A stretch of 64,000 nt of DNA from a bacterium (GTDB lineage Bacteria; RBG-13-61-14; DATKZS01). Position 1 is the first letter of the stretch; the number at the start of each line of letters is the position of its first letter. Of this stretch, positions 1 through 9,627 are shown piece after piece. The notes under the pieces were generated by a model. It searched no databases. It saw nothing but the letters and a program-made list of their open reading frames with translations, and was not told where the DNA came from. The translations under genes were made by a program, and so were the position numbers. The stretch covers positions 64,001-128,000 of the forward strand of contig CAXXFL010000001.1 in the NCBI GenBank assembly GCA_963674965.2, written 5' to 3'.

Positions 1-926
1 CGCATGATGAGGACGGCCAGCCCGCCCAGGACGAGACTTGTCCCCCAGTGCAGAAAGATCACCGTCCTTTTCGGCCAGCCCGCCCGCTGCAGCCTCTTGG
101 CTATGTGGTCGGGCGAGCCTTGCCACACGGGAATGCCCCGCCTCCACCTGGCGGCCATGGTCACTCCCAGCTCGAAGCAGGGCACGCCCAGGATGATCAC
201 CGGGCAGACCGCGGCCAGGTCGTTCTTTTCGCTGTAGCTGCCTATCATGGCCAGGGCGGGAAGGCACATGCCCAGAAAAAGGCTGCCCGCGTCGCCCAGG
301 TAAATTTTAGCCGAGGGAAAAGGCGCGTTGAACGCGAGAAAGGCCATGGTCGCGCCCAAAAGGGCCACGGAGAAGATGGCCGCGTCCATCCTGCCGTTTA
401 AAAGGGCCACGGCGATAAGCGCCGGCAGGCAACCCGCCGCGACCCCTCCGCAAAGCCCGTCCTCGATATCGAGGAAATTGAAGGCGTTGGCCACCCCCAC
501 CAGCCACAAGACCGACAGTCCCCACGACAAAAGGGGAAGGTCGGCGGGCCACCTTACGGCCTTGAATATCTCGAGGTCCATGACCACGCCGCCCTTGATG
601 AGGGCCACCGAGGCGATCAGTTGTCCCAACAGCTTCATCTTGGGGGTCATGACTCCGAAGTCGTCGATAAGTCCGACCATGAGCATGAGGGTCGCGCCCA
701 ATAAAAGCCCGAGCAGGGAGGCGTTGAAGTCGGCCGCCACCGCCAGGGACGCGAGCATGGCCAGGTAGATGGCCACGCCGCCCAGGTAGGGCACGGGCTT
801 TTCCTGGACCCGGAGCACGCCGTCGGGTTTGGCCACGATGCCCAGGTCCCGGGCGGCCCGGGCCGTGAGTGGCGTGACGTAAAGCCCGACGCCCATGGCC
901 AGAAGAGCGGTGAAGAAAAAAATCAT
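1..926 (-). CDS. Undecaprenyl-phosphate GlcNAc-1-phosphate transferase (WecA/TagO, MraY-like family); 3' end runs off the window
   Basis: Not in the ORF track. Translated by hand from ATG 926, which overlaps the upstream TAA: MIFFFTALL...PVPYLGGVAI...VGLIDDF...NAFNFLDIEDGL...KIYLGDAGSLFLG...PDHIAKRL; multi-TM. Confidence 0.85.
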   Translation of the reverse strand, partial: MIFFFTALLAMGVGLYVTPLTARAARDLGIVAKPDGVLRVQEKPVPYLGGVAIYLAMLASLAVAADFNASLLGLLLGATLMLMVGLIDDFGVMTPKMKLLGQLIASVALIKGGVVMDLEIFKAVRWPADLPLLSWGLSVLWLVGVANAFNFLDIEDGLCGGVAAGCLPALIAVALLNGRMDAAIFSVALLGATMAFLAFNAPFPSAKIYLGDAGSLFLGMCLPALAMIGSYSEKNDLAAVCPVIILGVPCFELGVTMAARWRRGIPVWQGSPDHIAKRLQRAGWPKRTVIFLHWGTSLVLGGLAVLIM

Positions 927-2830
927 TAGTCTTTCCTCATGGCCTTCCAGTTTACCATATCCCTCTTGATATCATCGAGCCACATCTCGAGCAGCATCAT
1001 CGAGAAGAGGGCCTGTCCCTGGTTTTCCCTTCCCGAGAGGTGCTCGGTTAGGACCCCTCCCGCGGCGACCGGGTCTAAAAGTCCGTCCTCCTTCAGTTTC
1101 CCCGGGCTGAGCAGGTCCGTGACCATCTCCTTCAACTCTTTCCTGAACCAGGCGTCGAGAGGCAGGGTGAAGCCGGCCTTCTCGCGGGCGGAGATGGCCT
1201 CGGGCACCAGCCCCTTCACCGCTCGCTTGAGGACCAGCTTTCTCCCGAGCCGTTTAATTTTTTCCTCCGGGGGAATCCTGAGGGCCAGCTCGACCATCCT
1301 GTGGTCCAGGAAGGGCACGCGGGCCTCGAGGCCCACCGCCATGCTGGCCCGGTCCACCTTGGTCAGGAGGTCGTCGGGCAGCCAGGTGACCAGGTCCGTC
1401 CGCAGCGTCCGGTCGAGGTCGAAGGTCTTCTTTTGCCCCGCGAACAAGTCGCGAAAGATATCGAGCGTCGCTCGGCCGGCCGCGGGGTCGCCCGTAATCG
1501 AGCCGATCAGGTCGGGCGGCATAACCAGGAGCCAGGCCAAGTGCCTCGCGGCGGGGTCCTTCTCCCCGATGGCGCGAAGGCCCTTCCTGACCCGCCTCAT
1601 GCCCGGCGCCCGGGCGAAGGGGGCCTCGAACAACAGCCGCCGCAAAGGACCGGGGATGGGCCGGTAATAAGTTGCCAGCGAGCCGAGGGCGTAGCGCTGG
1701 TATCCGCCGAACAGCTCGTCTCCGCCCTCCCCGGAGAGGGCCACGGTCACGCTTTGGCGGGCGAACCTCGAGACAAGGTAAGTGGGAATAACGGCGGGGT
1801 CGGCGATCAGGTCGTCCAGCCTCGAGACCACCTCGGGCAGGGCGTCGATCATGTCCCTGGCCGACACGGTGAGGGAATGGTGCTCGGTGGCGAAGGTCCG
1901 GGCCGCCAGGCTCGACCACTTGGTCTCGTTCACCTCGCCGGCTCCAAGGTCGGCCTGAAAGTCCACCGAGAAGGTCTTGAGCCCCTCGCCCTTGTGGCGT
2001 CTCATGAGACCCACCAGGGTGGTCGAGTCGATGCCGCCGCTTAAAAAGGCCCCGAGGGGAACGTCGGCTATCAGCCGCAGTCTGACCGAGTCGCTTAGAA
2101 GCTCGAGAAGCTCCTCCTCCGCCTCGCGGCCGCGAAGGTCGGGCGGCCCCTGGGGAAGCGACCAGTACTTGTCCTCCTTGACCTCCCCGTCACTGACCAC
2201 CAGGCGGCGGCCGGGACCAAGCTCGCTTATCCCCTTGAAAAGGGTCCGGGGCGTGGGCGCGTACTGGACCGCCAGGTAGGCCCATACCGAGGACGGGTCT
2301 ATCTCCGGCGTCCGCTCCATGGCCGCCAAAAGGGGCTTGATCTCGGAGGCGAAAAGAAAACGAGCGCCCTCGACGGCGTAATAAAGGGGCTTGATGCCCA
2401 ACCGGTCGCGAGCCAGAAAAAGGGAGCGGGACTTTTGGTCCCAGATAGCCAAGGCGAACATGCCGTTGAACTTGAGCGCGCAGTCCGGCCCGTCCTCCTC
2501 GTATTGATGCGCGATGACCTCGGTGTCCGAGTCGGTCCGGAACTCATGGCCCCGCGAGACGAGGTCTTTTCTTAGCTCCTTGAAGTTGTAAATCTCGCCG
2601 TTAAAGGACACCTGGACCGAGCCGTCCTCATTGCCCATGGGCTGCTTGCCCCCGGCCAGGTCGATGATGGAAAGACGCCTGTGGCCCAGCCCCGCCATGG
2701 GAGGATCGGCCAGATAGAAGCCCTCCGCGTCGGGTCCCCGTCGCCGGATGAGCCCGGCCATGGTCTTGATGGTGGAAAGGCTGACGGCGCCGGCGCCGTC
2801 CAGCCTTATTTCTCCGCATATTCCGCACAT
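926..2830 (-). CDS. asnB: Asparagine synthase (glutamine-hydrolysing)-family amidotransferase, probably polysaccharide-associated
   Basis: N-terminal MCGICG (start 2830), RGPD, LGHRRLSIIDL, FNGEIYN, LSGGIDS, SGEGGDELFGGY, EARVPFLDH. Confidence 0.92.
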   Translation of the reverse strand: MCGICGEIRLDGAGAVSLSTIKTMAGLIRRRGPDAEGFYLADPPMAGLGHRRLSIIDLAGGKQPMGNEDGSVQVSFNGEIYNFKELRKDLVSRGHEFRTDSDTEVIAHQYEEDGPDCALKFNGMFALAIWDQKSRSLFLARDRLGIKPLYYAVEGARFLFASEIKPLLAAMERTPEIDPSSVWAYLAVQYAPTPRTLFKGISELGPGRRLVVSDGEVKEDKYWSLPQGPPDLRGREAEEELLELLSDSVRLRLIADVPLGAFLSGGIDSTTLVGLMRRHKGEGLKTFSVDFQADLGAGEVNETKWSSLAARTFATEHHSLTVSARDMIDALPEVVSRLDDLIADPAVIPTYLVSRFARQSVTVALSGEGGDELFGGYQRYALGSLATYYRPIPGPLRRLLFEAPFARAPGMRRVRKGLRAIGEKDPAARHLAWLLVMPPDLIGSITGDPAAGRATLDIFRDLFAGQKKTFDLDRTLRTDLVTWLPDDLLTKVDRASMAVGLEARVPFLDHRMVELALRIPPEEKIKRLGRKLVLKRAVKGLVPEAISAREKAGFTLPLDAWFRKELKEMVTDLLSPGKLKEDGLLDPVAAGGVLTEHLSGRENQGQALFSMMLLEMWLDDIKRDMVNWKAMRKD

Positions 2831-2956
2831 TTGTAAGAAGGTATCATGAGCCGCGAACCCTGGCAAAGGAGCGGCCGGGTGAAATAGGTTTTAAGCTGGA
2901 CGGCCCCGATGGATAAAGACCCGGAAAGGGGCCCGGCCCGCGGGATGAACGCCGGC

Positions 2957-4387
2957 CTATTCGGTCGTGTCGCCACCGGAGGGGGAAGTCCCGCCGCCCG
3001 TGATATAGCCCAGACTCCTTAGCTTTTCGATCGTGTCCTTATCGAGCTGGGCCGCGGCCGGCGCCTCCTCATTGAGAAGGGCCTCGAGGTCGGCCGCGAT
3101 GCTCTTGACCTGGTTCTTGACCGCCTCGGGAAGCTTGGCGGCGCCGAAGACGTTATTGGTCTCGCCCGGGTCGGCGGACAGGTCGTAAACCTCTATCTTG
3201 CCCGACTCGACGTTGATGATGAGCTTGAAATTCTCCGCGTAAAAGGCCTGGCGCTGCGGCCCGTAGTGCAGGTTCTCGCTCACGATGACGTGGGGCGGGA
3301 CCTTGAGCGCGCCGCCGCGCGGATAAAGGCTCACGCCGTCGATGGTAAAGGGCGTGGTCCAGCCCATGAACTCCGCCACCGTGGGAAAGACGTCGAGGAG
3401 GGACACGTATTCCTTGACCTCGGCGCCCGCGTGGCTCTGGCCGGGGTACTTGATGACCAGGGGTACCTCGAGGACCTCCCGGTGCAGGCTGTGCCCGTGC
3501 TCGAACCCGCCGTGCTCCCAGAATTCCTCACCGTGGTCGGAGGTGACGATAATAAGGGACTTGTCGTATATCCCCTTTTCCTTCAGGCGTTTGAGAAAGA
3601 CTCCAAGCTCCTTGTCCACCGCGACTATCTCGCCGTCGAACAGTCCCTTCACGTATTCCTTGTCCTCGGGGCTAAGGACCGTCTTGCCCGAGCGGAGGTC
3701 CTCCATCTCGGGGTCGAAGGGTATCTTCAACTCCCCCTTGTACTCGTTTATATAGGGAAGGGCCGTCATGAGGGGAGGGTTGTAAGCCAGGTGGGGATCG
3801 AAATAATGGACGACCATGAAGAAGGGGTCGCCGCCGTTCTCGTCGATCCATTTATTGGCCGCGGCCGTGACCAGGGGCGCGGGCCGTATATTCAGTTCGT
3901 CTCCGCCTTGGTAGTCGTAAAGGTCGAACCCCTTGTCGAGGCCAAAGCCGGGATGAACGAAGGGGTTCTGGAAGAAGCCCACGGTCTTGTATCCCCTTTC
4001 CTGGAAGAGCTCGGCCAAGGTCACCATGTCGGGCCGCATGGGGGTCATGCGGCGGTCGGCCATGGTGGGGGGATCGAGGTGGGTCCCGGCCTTGTGCCGG
4101 GAAGGATAGGCCCCGGTGAACAGCCCGGCTATCGAGGGCAGGGTCCAGGGCGCGGAGGCTATGGCCCGCTCGAACCGAACGCCGTCCTTGGCGAAGTCGT
4201 CCAGCCGCGGCGTGGTCGAGCGCTCGTAGCCGTAGCAGCCCACGTGGCCGGCCGGGAGGGTGTCGATAATCACCATCACCACCGAAGGCTTTTCTCCCCC
4301 CCTGGGGCACCCGTATATGGCCGCCGCGAGACAAGCCAAAATCAATAAAAAAATTCCAATAACGGTTATTCTCGATTTCTTCATCAC
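2957..4387 (-). CDS. Exported/membrane-anchored sulfatase-like hydrolase/transferase (alkaline phosphatase superfamily)
   Basis: N-terminal hydrophobic segment; IIDTL, WTLPS...LFTG, HYFDPH, TSDHGEEFWEHG..EHG, YDL..DPGET. Confidence 0.85.
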   Translation of the reverse strand: MMKKSRITVIGIFLLILACLAAAIYGCPRGGEKPSVVMVIIDTLPAGHVGCYGYERSTTPRLDDFAKDGVRFERAIASAPWTLPSIAGLFTGAYPSRHKAGTHLDPPTMADRRMTPMRPDMVTLAELFQERGYKTVGFFQNPFVHPGFGLDKGFDLYDYQGGDELNIRPAPLVTAAANKWIDENGGDPFFMVVHYFDPHLAYNPPLMTALPYINEYKGELKIPFDPEMEDLRSGKTVLSPEDKEYVKGLFDGEIVAVDKELGVFLKRLKEKGIYDKSLIIVTSDHGEEFWEHGGFEHGHSLHREVLEVPLVIKYPGQSHAGAEVKEYVSLLDVFPTVAEFMGWTTPFTIDGVSLYPRGGALKVPPHVIVSENLHYGPQRQAFYAENFKLIINVESGKIEVYDLSADPGETNNVFGAAKLPEAVKNQVKSIAADLEALLNEEAPAAAQLDKDTIEKLRSLGYITGGGTSPSGGDTTE

Positions 4388-5007
4388 GTGAAGAGCACCC
4401 CTTTGATTATTTTCTCCGCCGGAAGCCGGGCCTCGAGGGCCCGGACCAGATCGCTGTTATGGGGACCCAGAACGTATTCATCACCCCCGGAGGACCTCCA
4501 CTTCAGTCCCGGCGACCTTAATACAGGCTCGGGCATCGGACCGGATTTGTCAACCCAGCGCATAAAGGCCGGCACGAAGCCCGCCTCCGTCTTGATCCGG
4601 ACGTCGGGGGACTTGCCCCGGCTGGGACGGGAGCATACCTGGACCTCGATGACCTTGTCCCACCCCGCCGAGAACTCGCCCGCCGGAGTGACCGACCGAA
4701 AGCCGGACTCGGAAATCTCCAGCCGGGCGAACTCCATCATAACCCCTCGGTTTCGGGCCATCATGTAGTATCCGAGTCCCCAGCCGCCGAAGACGATCGA
4801 GGTCAGCATCGCGGGGAACCTGGGGTCGCCGCCCGGGCCGGCGGCCCATTTGATCCACACCGCCGCGGCCGCTACCAGGAGGACCGCCGAAAAGGCCTCC
4901 AACTGAACGCGTCCGGCCCTGGCCGAGTAAAGGATGGGGTCCACGAAAACGGCCGCCGGGTCCTGATGAGAGGCAAAGTCCTCTTTTGTATCGCCTTTTT
5001 CCGTCAT
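4384..5007 (-). CDS. Hypothetical membrane protein (2 TM plus soluble domain)
   Basis: Two hydrophobic segments; stop overlaps the start of the next gene. Confidence 0.6.
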   Translation of the reverse strand: MTEKGDTKEDFASHQDPAAVFVDPILYSARAGRVQLEAFSAVLLVAAAAVWIKWAAGPGGDPRFPAMLTSIVFGGWGLGYYMMARNRGVMMEFARLEISESGFRSVTPAGEFSAGWDKVIEVQVCSRPSRGKSPDVRIKTEAGFVPAFMRWVDKSGPMPEPVLRSPGLKWRSSGGDEYVLGPHNSDLVRALEARLPAEKIIKGVLFT

Positions 5008-5153
5008 GATCGATCACGTATTATGGCCGCCCGTTCCGGCCCAAGTCAAACTCCGCTTCCGGCGGCCACCGCCTCGGCCCCGCGCTTGATCGGGGCTTGG
5101 GTAAGTGTTTTAATACTTCGCGAAAGCTTTGCAAGGAGGTCCATGTCCGGGAC

Positions 5154-6158
5154 ATGAAGGTACTTATCACGGCGAACTTCACCGAGGAGGGCAAAAGGCG
5201 CCTCGAGTCCATGGGTCTCGAGGTCGTCCACGAGCCGTGGACCTCGCGGAGTAAGCTCCTGCTCAGCGAGGAACTGGCCGAGCGCGTCAACGAGGTCGGG
5301 GCGGACGCGGCCATAATCGAGGTCGACCTTTGCCACGAGGAGGTCTTCGAGGAGTGCTCCCTCCGCTTCGTGGGATGCTGCCGCGGCGACCCCATTACCG
5401 TGGACCTCGAGGAGGCCACCGACGCGGGAGTACCCGTGCTTTTCACGCCCGGAAGAAACGCCGACGCCGTGGCCGACCTGACCGTCGGGTTTATGCTCTG
5501 CCACCTGAGAAAAATCATCGACCTGAACGCGTCCCTCAAGTCCGGCCGGTTCAACCCCGAGACGCCCGCCGAGTACATGAAGCTCTTCCATGACCTCTCG
5601 GGCCTCGAGATCGGGGGACTGAAGATCGGAATAGTCGGACTGGGCGCGGTGGGAAGCGCCGTGGCCCGGCGCCTTGTTCCCTTCGGCCCGCGCCTCGCGG
5701 CCTTCGACCCCTTCGCGGACAAGGAAAGGTTCAGGTCCGCGGCCGCGGAAAAGGTCGAGTTGGCCGAGTTGTTCGCGGAATCGGACGTGGTGACCATCCA
5801 CGCGGCGGACGTGGACGAGAACAGGGGCATGATCGGTCGGGAGCTGATCGACTCGATGAAGCCGGGGGCCTTTTTTCTCAACCTGGCCCGCTCCTGGCTG
5901 ACGGACCAGGACGCCCTTTACGACGCCCTGTCACAAGGAAGGATCGGGGGAGCGGCCCTGGACGTGTTCGAGGACGAGCCGCCCTCCTCGGAGGACAGGT
6001 TCGTGCGGCTTCCCAACGTGATCGTGACTCCCCATTTCGGCGGCAACACCCGCGACGTGGTCAGGCATCAGACGGACATGATCGTGGCCGACGTCGAGGC
6101 CCTGCTCTCGGGCAAAAGGCCCCGGTTCGTGGCCAACCCCGAGGCGCTGGACTTGTGA
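5154..6158 (+). CDS. D-isomer-specific 2-hydroxyacid dehydrogenase family protein
   Basis: Start MKVLIT at 5154; TPGRNADAVA, GIVGLGAVG, NLAR, AALDVFEDEP, TPHFGG. Confidence 0.9.
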   Translation: MKVLITANFTEEGKRRLESMGLEVVHEPWTSRSKLLLSEELAERVNEVGADAAIIEVDLCHEEVFEECSLRFVGCCRGDPITVDLEEATDAGVPVLFTPGRNADAVADLTVGFMLCHLRKIIDLNASLKSGRFNPETPAEYMKLFHDLSGLEIGGLKIGIVGLGAVGSAVARRLVPFGPRLAAFDPFADKERFRSAAAEKVELAELFAESDVVTIHAADVDENRGMIGRELIDSMKPGAFFLNLARSWLTDQDALYDALSQGRIGGAALDVFEDEPPSSEDRFVRLPNVIVTPHFGGNTRDVVRHQTDMIVADVEALLSGKRPRFVANPEALDL

Positions 6159-6159
6159 G

Positions 6160-7710
6160 ATGAAAAAGAGCGAGCCGGGACTGGCGAGAAAAGGCCTGGG
6201 CACGGGGGGAGTGGTCCTGGTCCTCGACGCCGGCACGGGCGGCGGCCGGGTGATGGCCGTGTCCGAGTCCGGCGCAATAGTGGCCCGGTCCTACCAGCCC
6301 TGGGGATACTTCGAGCCCGAGGGGTCCGAGTTTTACGGCCGGGAGTTCGATCCCCTCGAGTTCAGGAATATCCTCGCCGCCCGCTGCCGCGAGGTAGTGG
6401 GGACCCTGGGCAAAGTCCCCATCAAGGGCGTCACCACCACGGGCATGAGGCAGGGCTGCCTTTTCCTGGACGGACAGGGAAAGCCGCTTTACGGCGGCCC
6501 CAACCGGGACGTGAGGGGCCTTATCTACACCGAGGAGGTCGAGGAGCTTCTGGGCGGGAAAAAGGCCTACGAGATCACCGGTCACTGGCCGCCATGGATA
6601 TTCGCGCCCTGCCGCCTTCAGTGGTTCCGGGAAAGGGCCCCCGACCTGGCCGCCCGGATCGGGAAGATCGTCATGATCAACGACTGGCTCGTGCACTGGC
6701 TGGCGGGCGAGGCCTTTTCCGAGCCGACCAACGCCTGCGAGTCCATGCTCTTCGACGTGGCCGCCAGGGAATGGAGCCCGGAACTTCTCGAGGCCATGGA
6801 CCTCGATCCCGGGATCGTGCCCGAGTCGAGACCCTGCGGCTCGATAGTGGGCGAGACCACGGGCGCGGCCTCGGGGGCCTCCGGGATACCGGAGGGGACC
6901 CCCGTCATCCTGGGCATGGCCGACACTCAGGCCGCCGTGCTGGCGGCCGGGGCCACCGAGCCGGGGACGGCCGCGATAGTGGCGGGTTCGACCGCTCCGG
7001 TGATGATGGTCTCCGACTCCCCCCTCCTCGACCCGGAAGCCAGGCTGTGGATCGGGTGCCACCCGCTCGAGGACAGGTGGGTGATCGAGAGCAACGCGGG
7101 CGACGTGGGCCTTTCCTACCGTGGCTACGTCGAGGGTCACCTTGGCTTCCTGGGGGGAAACAAGGACGACCTTTACGAGAGAGTGGCAAAGCTGGCCGCC
7201 GACCTCGAGGTCGGGTCCATGGGAGCGCGGTCCTACCTGGGGCCGGTCATATGGGACCTTGCCCGCATGTCGCCCCAGGCCCGGGCGGGCATCTCCTTTA
7301 CCTTCCCGGCCGAGGAGATGAACGCCGGCCCCGCCGCGGTGGCCAGGGCCATGCTCGAAAGCTCGGCCTTCGCGATCAGGGCCAACCTCGAGCAAGCCGC
7401 GGCCCTCGCCGGCCCGCCCCGATCGGTGGTCATGGCGGGAGGGCTGACGAGGACGCCGGCCTTTAACCGGATCGTGGCCTCCGTCCTCGGCCGCGAGACG
7501 CTGGTCTTCGCCGAGCACGAGGCCACGGCCGTGGGCTGCGCCATGACCGCCTTCGCCGCCCTGGGCGTTTATAAAAGCGTGTTCGAGGCCCTCGAGCCGC
7601 TCAGGGAAAGCATGGCGCCGGCCGAGCCGGACGAGGACGAGGCCGATGAATACGACGATCTTTACGAGGAGTGGCGTGAAGGATACCTCGAGATCATGGG
7701 CATTGACTGA
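6160..7710 (+). CDS. FGGY-family carbohydrate kinase
   Basis: VLDAGTGGGR, GMADTQAA, AGSTAP, RAMLES, AGGLTR, EATAVG. Confidence 0.88.
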   Translation: MKKSEPGLARKGLGTGGVVLVLDAGTGGGRVMAVSESGAIVARSYQPWGYFEPEGSEFYGREFDPLEFRNILAARCREVVGTLGKVPIKGVTTTGMRQGCLFLDGQGKPLYGGPNRDVRGLIYTEEVEELLGGKKAYEITGHWPPWIFAPCRLQWFRERAPDLAARIGKIVMINDWLVHWLAGEAFSEPTNACESMLFDVAAREWSPELLEAMDLDPGIVPESRPCGSIVGETTGAASGASGIPEGTPVILGMADTQAAVLAAGATEPGTAAIVAGSTAPVMMVSDSPLLDPEARLWIGCHPLEDRWVIESNAGDVGLSYRGYVEGHLGFLGGNKDDLYERVAKLAADLEVGSMGARSYLGPVIWDLARMSPQARAGISFTFPAEEMNAGPAAVARAMLESSAFAIRANLEQAAALAGPPRSVVMAGGLTRTPAFNRIVASVLGRETLVFAEHEATAVGCAMTAFAALGVYKSVFEALEPLRESMAPAEPDEDEADEYDDLYEEWREGYLEIMGID

Positions 7711-7855
7711 AAGTCGTGCTATAAATAGTAATGCGGCCCGCGAAAGCCGAGGGGGGCGGTTTTTTCAAGCCGCCCCTTCTCGCGACTTGGACGAGCCGGA
7801 TTCTTGCCCGAGAGGGACCGCCGCTCGCCGGCGGCTCGATTGAAGGAGGACCTTA

Positions 7856-9004
7856 TTGATTAAGCGGGAAAAAGCCATACTTGCGCTCGCCGACGGCGAG
7901 GTCCTGGAGGGCCGCTCCTTCGGGGCCTCCGGACTGGCCGCGGGCGAGGTCGTTTTCCATACCGGAATGACCGGCTACCAGGAGATACTTACCGACCCCT
8001 CCTACCACGGGCAGGTGGTGACCATGACCTATACCCAGATCGGCAACACCGGCGTAAACCCGGAGGACATGGAATCGAGAAAGGTCTGGGTCAAGGGCTT
8101 CGTGGTCAAGGAATACATCGAGACGCCGTCCAATTTCCGCTCGACCGTTCCCCTGGGCGAATACCTCAAGGAACAGGGGATAGTGGCCATCGAGGGCTTG
8201 GACACGCGCTTTCTCACCAGGAGGCTGAGGGACAAGGGCTCGGTCGCGGGGGTCATCGCCGCGGGCGACCATGATCCAGCCGAGCTGGTCGAGATGGCCC
8301 GGAACGCCCCCGATATAGTGGGCCGGGACCTGGTGGCCGAGGTAACCGGCGATAGCCCGTACACGTTCGAGGAGGGCACGTGGAAACTGGGGCAGGGCCA
8401 TCCCGTCCCCGACAAGCCCCCCCGCTTCAACGTGGTGGCCATGGATTTCGGTATCAAGACCAACATCCTGCGCATGCTGGTGGACGCCGGCTGCAAGGTC
8501 CAGGTCGTGCCCGCCTCCACCCCGGCCGAGCGTATACTCGAGCTTTCGCCCGACGGGCTGTTCCTTTCCAACGGGCCGGGTGACCCCGAGGGCGTTCCCT
8601 ACGCCTTCGAGACGGTCCGGCAGATAATGAACAAGCGCCCCGAGCTTCCCATCTTCGGCATCTGCCTGGGACACCAGCTCCTAGGGCTGGCCATGGGCTG
8701 CAAGACGGTCAAGCTCAAGTTCGGTCACCACGGGGCCAACCATCCGGTCAAGGACCTGGCCGCGGGCGCGGTGGCCATCACCAGCCAGAACCACAACTTC
8801 GCCGTGCCCATGGATTTTTTCAAGCGGCCCGACTGCCCGGCGGAGCTGACCCATCTGAACCTTAACGACGACACCTGCGAGGGCATGAAGCACAAGGAAC
8901 TGCCGGTGTTCAGCGTTCAGTACCATCCCGAGGCCTCGCCAGGCCCGCGGGACGCGGCGCCCCTTTTCGGCGAGTTCGTCAAGCTGATGGAGGAGGGCGA
9001 GTGA
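7856..9004 (+). CDS. carA: Carbamoyl-phosphate synthase small subunit
   Basis: GEVVFHTGMTGYQEILTDPSY, LSNGPGDP, GICLGHQ, SQNHNF, QYHPEASPGP. Confidence 0.97.
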   Translation: MIKREKAILALADGEVLEGRSFGASGLAAGEVVFHTGMTGYQEILTDPSYHGQVVTMTYTQIGNTGVNPEDMESRKVWVKGFVVKEYIETPSNFRSTVPLGEYLKEQGIVAIEGLDTRFLTRRLRDKGSVAGVIAAGDHDPAELVEMARNAPDIVGRDLVAEVTGDSPYTFEEGTWKLGQGHPVPDKPPRFNVVAMDFGIKTNILRMLVDAGCKVQVVPASTPAERILELSPDGLFLSNGPGDPEGVPYAFETVRQIMNKRPELPIFGICLGHQLLGLAMGCKTVKLKFGHHGANHPVKDLAAGAVAITSQNHNFAVPMDFFKRPDCPAELTHLNLNDDTCEGMKHKELPVFSVQYHPEASPGPRDAAPLFGEFVKLMEEGE

Positions 9005-9627
9005 GCGAGCTTTTCGAGCGCCTCTTCCGTGAGGTCCACGGCTTCGTGGACGCCGAGGAGTTCAAGGCCGAGCTCAAGGCCGCCAAGGAGGAGTTCTGGA
9101 AGAAAACGGGCAAGCCCCTGCCGGGCGAGCCCATCGAGGAGCTCAGGCTGGTGAGCTTCATCGAGTGGTTCATCTTCGACCGGTTCCTGACCGAGTTTAA
9201 AAGGACCCCCCTCGAGGAGTTCATGCGGCGCCGGGCCGACGAGCTCTCGCCCGAGGAAATCGAGATACTGCGGGGCTTCTCGGCCAACGTTCACGCCGTT
9301 TTCCTGGTCCTGAAAAGAGACGGCCGGACGGTGGACTTGAAGGACCTTTACACGGGCCGAAAGTTCAGGGGCGTGCAAAGGGCGCCCATCAGCCTGGGGA
9401 AGGGAGACATGGCCGAGCTGCGGCTCATTCCCGCCGGCGGCGAGTTCTTCTCGGCCGACGCTCTTTGCTTCCATCCCTTTTCGGCCAAGAAGCGTATCGA
9501 GAGGATATTGAAGGAGGCCGGCAAAAAGGGGGAACCGCCGGACGACGTGCTCGAGCGCCTCATGGCCATGAACACGCGCTCCGAGCACTCGCCCAAGACG
9601 GCCAAGGTCAACGCCTATGGCCCCTAA
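9001..9627 (+). CDS. Hypothetical protein
   Basis: GTG start overlapping the carA stop; host-like codon use; no recognised motif. Confidence 0.65.
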   Translation: MSELFERLFREVHGFVDAEEFKAELKAAKEEFWKKTGKPLPGEPIEELRLVSFIEWFIFDRFLTEFKRTPLEEFMRRRADELSPEEIEILRGFSANVHAVFLVLKRDGRTVDLKDLYTGRKFRGVQRAPISLGKGDMAELRLIPAGGEFFSADALCFHPFSAKKRIERILKEAGKKGEPPDDVLERLMAMNTRSEHSPKTAKVNAYGP

